Assembly: GCA_020629515.1 (NCBI GenBank)
Contig: JAHDDE010000009.1
Coordinates: 16,474 to 80,473 of the forward strand
Direction of reading: 5' to 3'
Length of the DNA stretch: 64,000 bases
Source of the DNA: Saprospiraceae bacterium
GTDB taxonomy: Bacteria; Bacteroidota; Bacteroidia; Chitinophagales; Saprospiraceae
The position numbers and the translations under genes are program-made. Shown here in pieces: positions 18,000 through 27,897 of the stretch. Numbering within the stretch: position 1 is the stretch's first letter; each line of letters begins with the position of its first letter. Below the pieces are notes generated by a model. The model worked only from the letters and a program-made list of their open reading frames with translations, did no database searches and was not told where the DNA came from.

Positions 18000-20828
18000 G
18001 TGATAAAAAATGTTTTTTTTCTTTTAACCACCATACTTTGGTGTGGACAGGTTTTTTCTCAAGGTACTGTTAGAGGGACCATATATGATGATGTAACAGG
18101 TGAAACTGTACCATTTGCTAATATTCTCGTTTTAGAAACCCAAAGTGGAACGACTTCGGATTTAGATGGAGCTTTCTCTCTATCATTAACTCCCGGAAGT
18201 TATTCATTAGAATTTTCATTCTTGGGTTACAGTACGACGACTGTCAGTGAAGTAGAGGTGATAGATGGAGAAGTTAATATTTTAGATATTAGACTAAAGG
18301 AGGAAAGTGAGGTATTGGATGAAGTTGTAGTTACAGCCAAACAAATCCGAAATACCGAAGCAGCAGTACTCACGATTCAACGAAAAAGTGTTAATCTTTT
18401 AGACGGGATATCTTCACAAACATTTCGAAAAATTGGTGATAGCGATGCTGCCTCAGCCATTAAAAGAGTAACGGGAGTATCTGTTCAAGGAGGGAAATAT
18501 GTATTTGTAAGAGGATTAGGTGATCGATATACAAAATCTATTCTTAACGGAATGGATATACCTGGTCTCGACCCGGATAGAAATACTCTTCAAATGGATG
18601 TTTTTCCGACTAATCTTATTGATAATATCATCGTAGTTAAATCATTTACTCCAGATCTTCCAGGAGATTTTACAGGAGGAGTTGTTGATATTATAACAAA
18701 AGATTTTCCTGAAGAGAAAATGACAAATATTTCAGCTGGATTGAGCTTTAATCCAAGTATGCATTTTAAAAGTAACGCATTGACCTATCCTGGGAGCAGT
18801 ACTGACTTTTTGGGATTTGATAATGGGGATAGAGATATACCATTTTATCAAGGAATTATAATTCCTTCTCCTGCAGAGAGAAGTAGTGAACTAACGAGGA
18901 TAACGGGATTGTTTAGTAACAACTGGGCTGCTCAAAGACAGACTAATAGACCAGACCTAAGTTTGGCATTCTCAGGAGGTAATCAAATCAATAAAGAAAA
19001 GAGCACTTTTGGATATAATTATGCATTTAATTATAAGAATACTAATGATTATTATGATGATGTATCTTATAATATCTATCTAAAGCCAGATGAATCCGAA
19101 TCATTTGAGTTAGATGCGAACAGAGTCCAAAGAGGCGAATTAGCTAATAACAATGTTTTGTTAACTGCTCTTGTCGGAGGAGCTCTCAAGTTTGATAACC
19201 ATAAGTTCTCTTTATCTCTTTTGAGAATTAATAATGGTCAATCAAAAGCTGGATTTTTCAACCAAGAAAGTTTTATTACCGCAGTAAATACCATTCAGCG
19301 AGATAACTTAGAATATGCTGAGCGCTCTATTTCTAATGCCTTACTAAAAGGTAAACATAGTTTCATGGCAGGAGATTTGGTAGTAGATTGGAAATTGTCG
19401 CCTACATATTCACGTATAGAAGATAAAGATATACGTGCTGCGCCATTTAGAACTGAAACAGAAAATGGTGTGACTTCTTATGCTATAGAGCCATCTGAAG
19501 GAGCCGCTCCAATAAGAATATATAGAGATTTAGAAGAGATTAATTATTCGGGTAAAATTGATGTATCTAAAAAGATTAATCTTTCAGGAAGAGAAGGGAA
19601 ACTTAAGGTAGGAGCAAGTGGAGTGCTTAAAGAAAGGGAGTATGGAATATTAAATTATCAATTTGATATACAGAAAGCAGATGAAATTAGTTTTTCAGGT
19701 GACGCTAATGAGATTCTCGCACCTGATAATATATGGACTCCTGCAACACGTCGTGGTGTGTATGCATTTGGCAATCCTGAACCAGCTAATATGTTTGAGG
19801 CTACACAGAACATAGTAGGTACATATATTATGGGTGAATTGCCTTTGTCAGAGCGGTTAAAACTAATTACAGGTTTAAGAGTTGAAAACTTTATTCATAG
19901 ATATTCTGGCCAAAACAACACAGGCTCTATCATCTACAATAAAAGGGAACTGCTGAATGAATGGTCACTTCTACCAGCTATTAATATGGTGTATGCTGCT
20001 GATGAGAAAACTAATTTTAGAGCTTCGTTTAGTCAGACAGTTGCAAGACCTTCATTTAAGGAGTTATCATTAGCACAGATTTATGACGCCATTACTGACC
20101 GATTCTTCATTGGGAATAGTGAATTAGTACAAACAGATATCAGGAATTTTGATCTGAGAGTAGAGAAATTCTTAGATGGAGGACAGATGTTGGCCATCAG
20201 TGCTTTTTATAAAGAATTTAATAACCCAATAGAAATTGTCGCATTTAGTGATGCGGCACCCGAGGATGTGACTCCAAGAAATGTTGGCAATGCTGATGTT
20301 CTTGGAATTGAATTAGAGATTAGAAAAAATTTGGCTTTCATTAGCGAGAATTTAGCCTCTTATAATATCGGGTCTAATATTACTGTAGTTCAGTCTAAAG
20401 TAGAAATGGATCAATCAGCGGGAGGAGAATTTGAGTCGAGACAGAGAGCTGCTCGAAACGGAGAAGTCATCGAAAGTACTCGACAGATGCAAGGGCAATC
20501 TCCATTTATTATTAATGCTTATTTAAACTATGCAGGTAGAGATAATGGTATAGAGGCAAATCTAAGTTATAATGTTCAAGGCAAAAGATTGTCGGTGGTT
20601 GGTATAGCTGGGAATCCTGATGTTTTTGAGCAACCTTTTCATTCGATGAATCTGAAAGTTTCTAAGCAGTTAGGAGCTGACAATAAGATGAGAATAAGCT
20701 TTGCAGCTCAGAATCTCCTTGGTGCTGAGAGACTTCAAGAATATGAATCTTTTGGTGCCACCAACCAGGTTTATAGCAGACTAATACCGAATAGGTCGTT
20801 TTCATTTAGTTTCGGTTATAGACTTTAA
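18000..20828 (+). CDS. TonB-dependent receptor with N-terminal carboxypeptidase-regulatory-like domain (non-SusC type)
   Basis: GTTSDLDGAFSL, LDEVVVT TonB box region, plug VFVRGLGDRY and C-terminal FSFGYRL; GTG start. Confidence 0.93.
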   Translation: MIKNVFFLLTTILWCGQVFSQGTVRGTIYDDVTGETVPFANILVLETQSGTTSDLDGAFSLSLTPGSYSLEFSFLGYSTTTVSEVEVIDGEVNILDIRLKEESEVLDEVVVTAKQIRNTEAAVLTIQRKSVNLLDGISSQTFRKIGDSDAASAIKRVTGVSVQGGKYVFVRGLGDRYTKSILNGMDIPGLDPDRNTLQMDVFPTNLIDNIIVVKSFTPDLPGDFTGGVVDIITKDFPEEKMTNISAGLSFNPSMHFKSNALTYPGSSTDFLGFDNGDRDIPFYQGIIIPSPAERSSELTRITGLFSNNWAAQRQTNRPDLSLAFSGGNQINKEKSTFGYNYAFNYKNTNDYYDDVSYNIYLKPDESESFELDANRVQRGELANNNVLLTALVGGALKFDNHKFSLSLLRINNGQSKAGFFNQESFITAVNTIQRDNLEYAERSISNALLKGKHSFMAGDLVVDWKLSPTYSRIEDKDIRAAPFRTETENGVTSYAIEPSEGAAPIRIYRDLEEINYSGKIDVSKKINLSGREGKLKVGASGVLKEREYGILNYQFDIQKADEISFSGDANEILAPDNIWTPATRRGVYAFGNPEPANMFEATQNIVGTYIMGELPLSERLKLITGLRVENFIHRYSGQNNTGSIIYNKRELLNEWSLLPAINMVYAADEKTNFRASFSQTVARPSFKELSLAQIYDAITDRFFIGNSELVQTDIRNFDLRVEKFLDGGQMLAISAFYKEFNNPIEIVAFSDAAPEDVTPRNVGNADVLGIELEIRKNLAFISENLASYNIGSNITVVQSKVEMDQSAGGEFESRQRAARNGEVIESTRQMQGQSPFIINAYLNYAGRDNGIEANLSYNVQGKRLSVVGIAGNPDVFEQPFHSMNLKVSKQLGADNKMRISFAAQNLLGAERLQEYESFGATNQVYSRLIPNRSFSFSFGYRL

Positions 20829-20879
20829 CATGAATAAAAAAATCATTACGTCGAGATAAAAATTTATCACAACACGTCT

Positions 20880-20918
20880 AAGAGGATACTGTCTATGTAT
20901 GGTGTCCTCTTTTTTTTC
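20880..20918 (+). terminator. Intrinsic terminator after the TBDR gene
   Basis: aagaggatac...gtgtcctctt hairpin followed by a T-run. Confidence 0.7.
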
Positions 20919-21170
20919 TGGAAGTGTGAGTAATCAAGATGTAATTAATGAACCATGTGGATTTGAATGATCTCTTCTCCTTGATCATTCAAAGCATTTG
21001 ACTTAGAGCAGCGAGATAAAGTATATCATTAATATGTTTAGTTATGTAAAATAACAGTTAAGTCAATTTAAATGAAATTAACATTGAATATTAAAATTTC
21101 GCAGTATTATGACTGTTTTGGACCTGATATTGATAATATGACATGGTTGATGTGAAAATAACATTAACTA

Positions 21171-21203
21171 AATTTGCATTTAGTTAACATTAAATTTACA
21201 TTG
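21171..21203 (+). promoter_or_regulatory. Three 11-bp direct repeats overlapping a 10-bp inverted repeat
   Basis: AATTTGCATTT / AGTTAACATTA / AATTTACATTG; inverted repeat ttaactaaat-ttgc-atttagttaa at 21164-21187. Confidence 0.55.
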
Positions 21204-21222
21204 GAATTATATAGTTTCTACT

Positions 21223-22056
21223 ATGATGTCCAATGTTCAAAAAATATTAATAATCCTGTGGTCTTTTTCGGCGACCGTCCTTAGCGCCATTGATGATGGA
21301 AATATTATTTCATTTGAACTTGTAGAAGGGATGATATTAGTCAAAGGAGAAGTAAATGGTAAGATAGGAGAATTTATATTCGATACGGGTAGTTCGGGCT
21401 TGGCCATTCATAGTATAGAGAAAAACTTAAAAGATGGTACAGTAATTAGTACTGTTGATGGAATTTCTATGGCAGCTAACACATCAATTGATAAAGTTTC
21501 TATTGATGGCTTTATTTTGTCTGAAATTCAATCGGCTATAAATATAGATTTAAGCAAAGTATCTCGAGATACTGGCAGAGATATTATTGGTGTGATAGGT
21601 TGGTCATTGTTGACGGAATCATTGATAACTATTGATTATGAGCAACAAAGAATAATAATTGGAAAAAGTCGAGGTCATTGTGTAGTGGATTATAATCAAC
21701 ATCACATACTAAAGCTCAATATGAGGTCGATAAGAGACGATTTACCAACTGTTGAGGTCTATTTTAGAAATCAGAAATTAACCTTTGCATTTGATACTGG
21801 AGCCCCACTTAATATTATAGATAAAGATTTTGTTGAATTAGGTTTTGCCAATGCAAATTCTGCATTTAATGATCAAATTATCCTTGACAAAAATATACAT
21901 GTAAGAGATAATTTATTCAGAGTACAAGATTTAGAACACTTTAATGAAATAGATGGTATACTTAGTGTTTCTGGTCTTAATGCCAATAAAGTGATTATTG
22001 ATAGAGGAAACAGTAGAATATTTGTATTCTGGAAAAAGAATATGGATATACAGTAA
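21223..22056 (+). CDS. Secreted tandem retropepsin-like aspartyl protease
   Basis: Signal peptide; two catalytic motifs, FIFDTGSS and FAFDTGAP; GVIGWSLL. Confidence 0.85.
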   Translation: MMSNVQKILIILWSFSATVLSAIDDGNIISFELVEGMILVKGEVNGKIGEFIFDTGSSGLAIHSIEKNLKDGTVISTVDGISMAANTSIDKVSIDGFILSEIQSAINIDLSKVSRDTGRDIIGVIGWSLLTESLITIDYEQQRIIIGKSRGHCVVDYNQHHILKLNMRSIRDDLPTVEVYFRNQKLTFAFDTGAPLNIIDKDFVELGFANANSAFNDQIILDKNIHVRDNLFRVQDLEHFNEIDGILSVSGLNANKVIIDRGNSRIFVFWKKNMDIQ

Positions 22057-22058
22057 TG

Positions 22059-23075
22059 TTATAGCTCGGTAAGGTACTTCATGATAAACACGAGCGCCAC
22101 ACTAATAGCAAGTCCTAAGAACACTTTTAAAAGATCTAAGCCTATTGCTTTCAGCTCCTTAATTTCCAATTTATTGTCCAGTCTGTAAGCCATTGCTATT
22201 TCTCTTCCAGCCAAAAGACCGATAAAAACCCAAGTAGTACTCATAGGTAGTTTAGCATCCCAAAGGCCCAGTACATTTTGTTTGAATACGAGAAGCACTA
22301 TACCGTAAATCAAATCAATAAAAGTTGCTGCTCGTATATCCGCTGTATTAGTTTTATTCCTGACAATGTCTTGTATTTTGCCTCCTCTAGAGTAGAATAT
22401 ATATCCAAGCAAACTTAATAGTATGATCAGAGAAATAATAAACTTGGTCAGATTCATATCATCCTTACCCAGATAAACATATATGTTAGCAAGATCTTGA
22501 GTTAGCCATTGAGTCCACAAGAATCCCGTCGAAAACCATTGAGCGCCAGTCCAAAAAGTCTTATTTGTCCAAACCCCATTTTGGGTGGCGCCATCTATTG
22601 GATATTTTAAGAATTTTTTTTCTGTTATCCTTGTGATTAAGGTGTAGATAACCGCTGCAGCAGCGAAGGCAATTAAGTAACCCATAACCGACTTATTGAT
22701 CATTCCGCCAAGGCTCTTGAATGAGAAAAAAGTCAGAATCAAGAAAGTCGTACTTACTGGGATGCCTATCCTTGTGAGAAACAATAGCACCAAAGGTGGT
22801 AATACATAGTACCAAGATAATTGGTCTGGGATATCAATCTTGTCAAGTCGATCGAAAGCAATGTCATCCCCTCCCAAACCAAATTCATGCCCAACACCTA
22901 AATATCCAATGATCAAAACAGCTGTCATTATGGTGCCTGCAAAAGCCCATAAAGTATACCATTTATGCTTTTCTTCATTAGATGTTAGGAAAGTCCCTAA
23001 GGTTTGTATTACATCATTGCCAACTACTGAGTAGGCCGCCAACGCAAACCCAAACCACATCACTATCTCAGCCAA
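22059..23075 (-). CDS. Polytopic membrane protein, divergent PiT/PHO4-like phosphate transporter
   Basis: VGNDVIQTLGTFLTSN and TQDLANIY resemble the two PiT GxND signature repeats; GIPVSTT and LPMSTTWVFIG resemble PiT GLPVSTTH. Confidence 0.6.
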   Translation of the reverse strand: MAEIVMWFGFALAAYSVVGNDVIQTLGTFLTSNEEKHKWYTLWAFAGTIMTAVLIIGYLGVGHEFGLGGDDIAFDRLDKIDIPDQLSWYYVLPPLVLLFLTRIGIPVSTTFLILTFFSFKSLGGMINKSVMGYLIAFAAAAVIYTLITRITEKKFLKYPIDGATQNGVWTNKTFWTGAQWFSTGFLWTQWLTQDLANIYVYLGKDDMNLTKFIISLIILLSLLGYIFYSRGGKIQDIVRNKTNTADIRAATFIDLIYGIVLLVFKQNVLGLWDAKLPMSTTWVFIGLLAGREIAMAYRLDNKLEIKELKAIGLDLLKVFLGLAISVALVFIMKYLTEL

Positions 23076-23182
23076 AATTTATCTTTGAATTGTTAATGGT
23101 CAAAACTAATTTTTTTTACCTAATTGATTATGATTTAGTACATGAATTATTGGTTAATCTTCCAAACTTAAATTGATAGTTG

Positions 23183-24883
23183 CTATTTCGAATCAATCAT
23201 ATATTCACCTATTTCATAAATTCTGTCTCCAATATTCTCAGATATAGTTACAATTTTTATAAAAAGAAGGGTTCCTATTAGATTAAAATCAAAATTATCT
23301 TTGTTTTCGATGGCCGTCTTCTGTGATTTATCTCTGAATGAATTAATGAGGGTTTCTATTCTTTCAGATTCTTGGTTACTACTATCACTATAATCATCCA
23401 GTTTCAATTTAGTATTGAGTTCATCTAATGCTAATTGAAGGGTATTGAATATTTGAAAAATTAATGTTCTTTGATCTGGAGTTATCCAAGTTTTATTCTT
23501 GGTTTTGTCGAGTATCTGTAAGGAGAGGCTATAGATATGATCTGACACTCGGTCCAAGTTTTGACTTATTTGAAAATAGACTCTTACATTTTTTCGAATT
23601 CTGTCATTGCTGCCAGAGTTAGCATATCTGAATGTTTTATCATCAATGCTTTGTTTAGTTCTTTTTAAAGAAGCCCTATCTAATTTAATTTGGTCATAAA
23701 AAGAATCTTGAGTCTCACTTTCAATAGTTTTGAATTGTTTTTCAACATTATTAATCATCTTTTTAAGCTTAGCGCCCATAATTGTGAACTGATGTTGAAT
23801 CTCTACAGGTGATAATTCAGACATAGTTATAGTTTGTTGCTTATGCTCCACTTCTTTTTTCTGACGATCTGTTTTCTTTGGCAGCAATTTTTCTGAAAGT
23901 TTGATTAGATATGGGATGAATGGTATTAATAATAAGCTATTGATCAAATTGTATGAAGTATGAAAGGCGGCCAATCCTATTGTCATCCATTCTTTACTCT
24001 CAAATGAATGTGTTAATCCCGAGAATTGATTACTAATAGATTCTATAAGGTCAAGCATAAAAGGAACGAAGACAAAGAGTAGAACCGACCCGATAATGTT
24101 GAAAAGTGTATGAATTCGGGCTGATCGTCTCGAGTTGATATTACCTACAAAGGCCGCCACCTCGGCAGTAAAGCATGTTCCGATATTCTCACCAACAATC
24201 ATGTAAGCAGCTAATTCTATAGGTAGCCAACCATTGTATACCATAGCCAAGGTTAAGGTCATGGATGCAGAAGATGACTGAACTAAGAGAGTAACAATTA
24301 CACCAATTAAGACAAATATGAAATTGGAGAAAAAGCCATATGACATGAAACTTTTTATATAGTCATAGACATCTTGATTTTGTAGACTGGGAAGGGCTGT
24401 TTTTAAAAAGTCTAAACCAATAAATAATAGCGAGAACCCTATAAGCACCTCTGCCCAGACTCTATTCTTTTTATTTGCTCTAAAATAAAAGGGAACTGCG
24501 ATAGCAAGAATTGGAAGTGTAATGTTGCTCAGTTTGAATAAAAATCCTCCAAGCGATACAATCCATGCGGTAATAGTGGTTCCAATATTTGCGCCCATAA
24601 TTAATCCTACGGATTGACTGACTGAGATAAGCCCTGCATTTACCAAGCTTATAATCATCACTGTTGTGGCCGAAGAAGATTGAAGCAATCCCGTGAAAAT
24701 CGTTCCGAACACGATTCCATTAAGTGGATTTCGAGTTAGTCTTCTAAGGAAACTTCTCAGCTGCCCACCTGATGCTTTTTGAATGCCGTCACTCATGACC
24801 TTCATCCCATATACAAAGAGGGATAACGAACCAACAATTTGAAGTATAACAAAAAGAGAAAAGCTCATATACTTTTGGGTCAT
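23183..24883 (-). CDS. Na+/Pi cotransporter (NptA/YjbB family) with PhoU-like C-terminal helices
   Basis: LLQSSSATTVM, GANIGTTITAW, VQSSSAS and GENIGT. Start uncertain (TTG 24928, ATG 24883 or ATG 24868). Confidence 0.92.
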   Translation of the reverse strand: MTQKYMSFSLFVILQIVGSLSLFVYGMKVMSDGIQKASGGQLRSFLRRLTRNPLNGIVFGTIFTGLLQSSSATTVMIISLVNAGLISVSQSVGLIMGANIGTTITAWIVSLGGFLFKLSNITLPILAIAVPFYFRANKKNRVWAEVLIGFSLLFIGLDFLKTALPSLQNQDVYDYIKSFMSYGFFSNFIFVLIGVIVTLLVQSSSASMTLTLAMVYNGWLPIELAAYMIVGENIGTCFTAEVAAFVGNINSRRSARIHTLFNIIGSVLLFVFVPFMLDLIESISNQFSGLTHSFESKEWMTIGLAAFHTSYNLINSLLLIPFIPYLIKLSEKLLPKKTDRQKKEVEHKQQTITMSELSPVEIQHQFTIMGAKLKKMINNVEKQFKTIESETQDSFYDQIKLDRASLKRTKQSIDDKTFRYANSGSNDRIRKNVRVYFQISQNLDRVSDHIYSLSLQILDKTKNKTWITPDQRTLIFQIFNTLQLALDELNTKLKLDDYSDSSNQESERIETLINSFRDKSQKTAIENKDNFDFNLIGTLLFIKIVTISENIGDRIYEIGEYMIDSK

Positions 24884-25073
24884 ATTTGGATCAAGACCCT
24901 CCACAATTTTACTGTTTGTTAATAACAAGAATGTAAATTTCTCATTAATTTTTTATCAAGATTATGGTATTATCTCAAGTTTTTATGCAGTATTTGGAAT
25001 AAATGCCGCATAAACCCGTCTTTACAGATCAATTTGGATTACCTTTATATCCCGTAATGAACTAACCTAAAAT

Positions 25074-26708
25074 ATGTCCAAATTTATCTTCGTTACGGGT
25101 GGAGTTACTTCTTCTCTCGGCAAAGGAATTATATCTTCTTCTTTAGCCAAACTCTTGCAAGCAAGAGGTCTCAAGGTGACCATTCAGAAATTCGATCCTT
25201 ATATCAATGTTGATCCAGGTACGTTGAATCCATATGAACATGGTGAGTGTTTTGTTACAGATGATGGAGCGGAGACAGATTTGGATTTAGGCCATTACGA
25301 ACGTTTTCTGAATATATCGACTTCTCAAGCGAATAATGTAACTACTGGACGCATATATCAGACGGTCATTAATAAAGAAAGAGAGGGAGATTTTTTAGGT
25401 AAAACCGTTCAGATAATTCCTCATATAACCGATGAAATAAAAAGAAGAATTAAACTTCTTGAGAAAGATGATTATGATGTAATAGTAACGGAGCTTGGGG
25501 GTACAGTTGGTGATATTGAATCCCTCCCTTACCTTGAAGCCTTACGACAGTTAAAGAGAGAATTAAAAAATAAGGACTGTTTAGTTATTCACTTAACGCT
25601 TATCCCTTATCTCAAAGCTGCCGGCGAACACAAAACCAAACCAACGCAACACTCTGTCAAAGAGTTACAGATGGCAGGTATAATTCCTGATGTACTTGTG
25701 TGTCGTACAGAGAGCCATATATCAGAGGAGATTAAAGAAAAGTTGGCTTTGTTCTGTAATGTTGAAAAATCGAATGTTATTGAAGCCGTAGATGCTGATA
25801 CAATCTATCGAGTCCCAATCTTAATGCAAGAAGAAGAATTAGATAAGATTGTTATTGATCATTTGCATCTTGAACCAAAGAAGTCTTTGGATCTCACCAA
25901 ATGGAATGATTTCTTGCATAGGTACAAACATCCTAAAGCCGAAGTTAATATTATCCTCGTAGGAAAATATAATGAACTCGCAGACGCATATAAATCAATA
26001 TATGAAGCATTGGATCATGCCGGAGCTGAAAATTCTTGTAAAATCAATGTGGTACCCATCCATTCTGAAAACTTGGATGATACAAGCTTGCCTTTGGAAA
26101 TTCACAAAATTCATGGATTAATTGTCGCTCCGGGTTTTGGTGATAGAGGAATTGAAGGAAAAATAAAAGCGGTCCAATATGTAAGAGAGCAGGGTATACC
26201 ATTCTTAGGGATATGCTTAGGAATGCAATGTGCTGTTGTAGAGTTTTTTAGAAATGTAGTGGGATTATCAGATGTATCCTCTACAGAGGTTAATCCTGAA
26301 GCAGCTCATCCTGTTATAGCGCTCATGTCAGATCAGAAGGACATCAGACAGAAGGGAGGTACTATGAGATTAGGAGCCTATCAATGTATATTAAAAAAAG
26401 GTACTAAGGCTTTTGAAATATACGGCGCTCCTCATAATGGAGAAATATACGAGAGACATCGACACAGATACGAATTTAATAATGCTTATAAGGGTTACCT
26501 CGAAAAACATGGGATGATCCCATCGGGAGTTAATCCAAAGAATGATTTAATTGAGATTGTGGAGTTACCTGATCATCCTTTTTTTGTGGGTGTTCAATTT
26601 CATCCTGAATATAAAAGTAGAGTTGAAGAGCCACATCCACTTTTCGTATCTTTTGTACAATCGGCCATCAATTACAAAGATGATAAAGTAAAGCTGAATA
26701 CATTATAG
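25074..26708 (+). CDS. pyrG: CTP synthase
   Basis: GGVTSSLGKG, KFDPYINVDPGT, GICLGMQ and HPE. Confidence 0.99.
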   Translation: MSKFIFVTGGVTSSLGKGIISSSLAKLLQARGLKVTIQKFDPYINVDPGTLNPYEHGECFVTDDGAETDLDLGHYERFLNISTSQANNVTTGRIYQTVINKEREGDFLGKTVQIIPHITDEIKRRIKLLEKDDYDVIVTELGGTVGDIESLPYLEALRQLKRELKNKDCLVIHLTLIPYLKAAGEHKTKPTQHSVKELQMAGIIPDVLVCRTESHISEEIKEKLALFCNVEKSNVIEAVDADTIYRVPILMQEEELDKIVIDHLHLEPKKSLDLTKWNDFLHRYKHPKAEVNIILVGKYNELADAYKSIYEALDHAGAENSCKINVVPIHSENLDDTSLPLEIHKIHGLIVAPGFGDRGIEGKIKAVQYVREQGIPFLGICLGMQCAVVEFFRNVVGLSDVSSTEVNPEAAHPVIALMSDQKDIRQKGGTMRLGAYQCILKKGTKAFEIYGAPHNGEIYERHRHRYEFNNAYKGYLEKHGMIPSGVNPKNDLIEIVELPDHPFFVGVQFHPEYKSRVEEPHPLFVSFVQSAINYKDDKVKLNTL

Positions 26709-26713
26709 CTGCC

Positions 26714-27241
26714 ATGAGGAAGCTGAGATTAGAGGAGTTAGGAAGGCTCAATAAGGAGGAGTATATCAATCAAAAAAAGATTCCCATAGTGGTGGTATTG
26801 GACAATATACGATCAGGTAGTAATGTGGGTTCTTTTTTTCGTACATCAGATGCTTTTAATGTTGATCATATAGTACTATGTGGTATAACTGCTCGCCCTC
26901 CTCATAAGGAAATTCTCAAAACGGCTATAGGAGCTTCTCAATCAGTATCTTGGATATATAGAGAGAAGGTTAGTCAGGCCATAAATGAATTGAAAAGAGA
27001 TAAGTTTTCCATTATAGGATTTGAACAAACAGACCAGTCTATAGATATAGAAAATTTTGAGGTAAATACTGATAAAAAGTATGCTTTAGTATTTGGCAAT
27101 GAAGTGGATGGGGTCAGTGATGACATAATCAACTCGCTCGATCAAGCCTTAGAAATACCACAATTTGGAACAAAACATTCTTTGAATGTATCGGTATGTG
27201 GAGGGATTGGATTATGGCATTTTGCTAAATGCTACCTGTAG
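26714..27241 (+). CDS. TrmH/SpoU family RNA methyltransferase
   Basis: LDNIRSGSNVGSFFRT, FGNEVDG and IPQFGTKHSLNVSV. Confidence 0.92.
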   Translation: MRKLRLEELGRLNKEEYINQKKIPIVVVLDNIRSGSNVGSFFRTSDAFNVDHIVLCGITARPPHKEILKTAIGASQSVSWIYREKVSQAINELKRDKFSIIGFEQTDQSIDIENFEVNTDKKYALVFGNEVDGVSDDIINSLDQALEIPQFGTKHSLNVSVCGGIGLWHFAKCYL

Positions 27242-27897
27242 TCTGGCCTAAAACCTAATCTTACCCCTAATTGTAATTGTCTTAATGAGCTATTGACATT
27301 ATTTATGCTTGATCCATATACTGGTCCGAGCGTATGCCATGAAACATCCGGAAAATAAGTGAATTGTCCAAATGGAGTAATAGTGAAAAAGTCACTAATA
27401 CCGATATCTAAACCAATTCCCAATTGAACTTTTAGATCCAAATTCTGATCATCAAATATCCCATTTATTCCTTTGGACGAGTAATCTGTACCTATGCCAG
27501 CTAGTACAAAAAATCCTTTCTTAATTAAATTGCCTTGCTTACTAAATGTTGGGCAGTCACAATCACCTATTAAATCAAACAAATAGATGTGGCTTAATAT
27601 ACCTATCCCTAATTGTCGAAGTTTGAAATCGTTGGGAGTCAAAACTGTGCTGGATTGTCGAAATGATATATTAGGATAAAACTCTATTCGAGTATTACGC
27701 AGTCGTACCCAGTAATCTAAGGTGTAAGTGGTTGATGAGTTAAAAATATTACTCGAAGGTATCTGTACAGATTCAAAAAAATCATCCCACGTATTAGCCC
27801 TATTTATATCATAAGAAGTACGAATGCCAAACTGCGCTATGATCTTACTGACGAGTAAAACGAATACAAGAATCCATAAGTATTGCTGATACTTCAT
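27232..27897 (-). CDS. Putative outer-membrane beta-barrel protein
   Basis: Signal peptide, alternating hydrophobic beta strands, C-terminal GVRLGFRPDY and an internal DCDCPTF motif. Confidence 0.55.
   Translation of the reverse strand: MKYQQYLWILVFVLLVSKIIAQFGIRTSYDINRANTWDDFFESVQIPSSNIFNSSTTYTLDYWVRLRNTRIEFYPNISFRQSSTVLTPNDFKLRQLGIGILSHIYLFDLIGDCDCPTFSKQGNLIKKGFFVLAGIGTDYSSKGINGIFDDQNLDLKVQLGIGLDIGISDFFTITPFGQFTYFPDVSWHTLGPVYGSSINNVNSSLRQLQLGVRLGFRPDYR

Noticed and set aside
16487-20828. SusC/SusD polysaccharide utilisation locus
   Set aside because: The TBDR lacks SusC signatures, the lipoprotein is upstream and beta-helix-like rather than SusD/TPR, and no CAZymes are adjacent.
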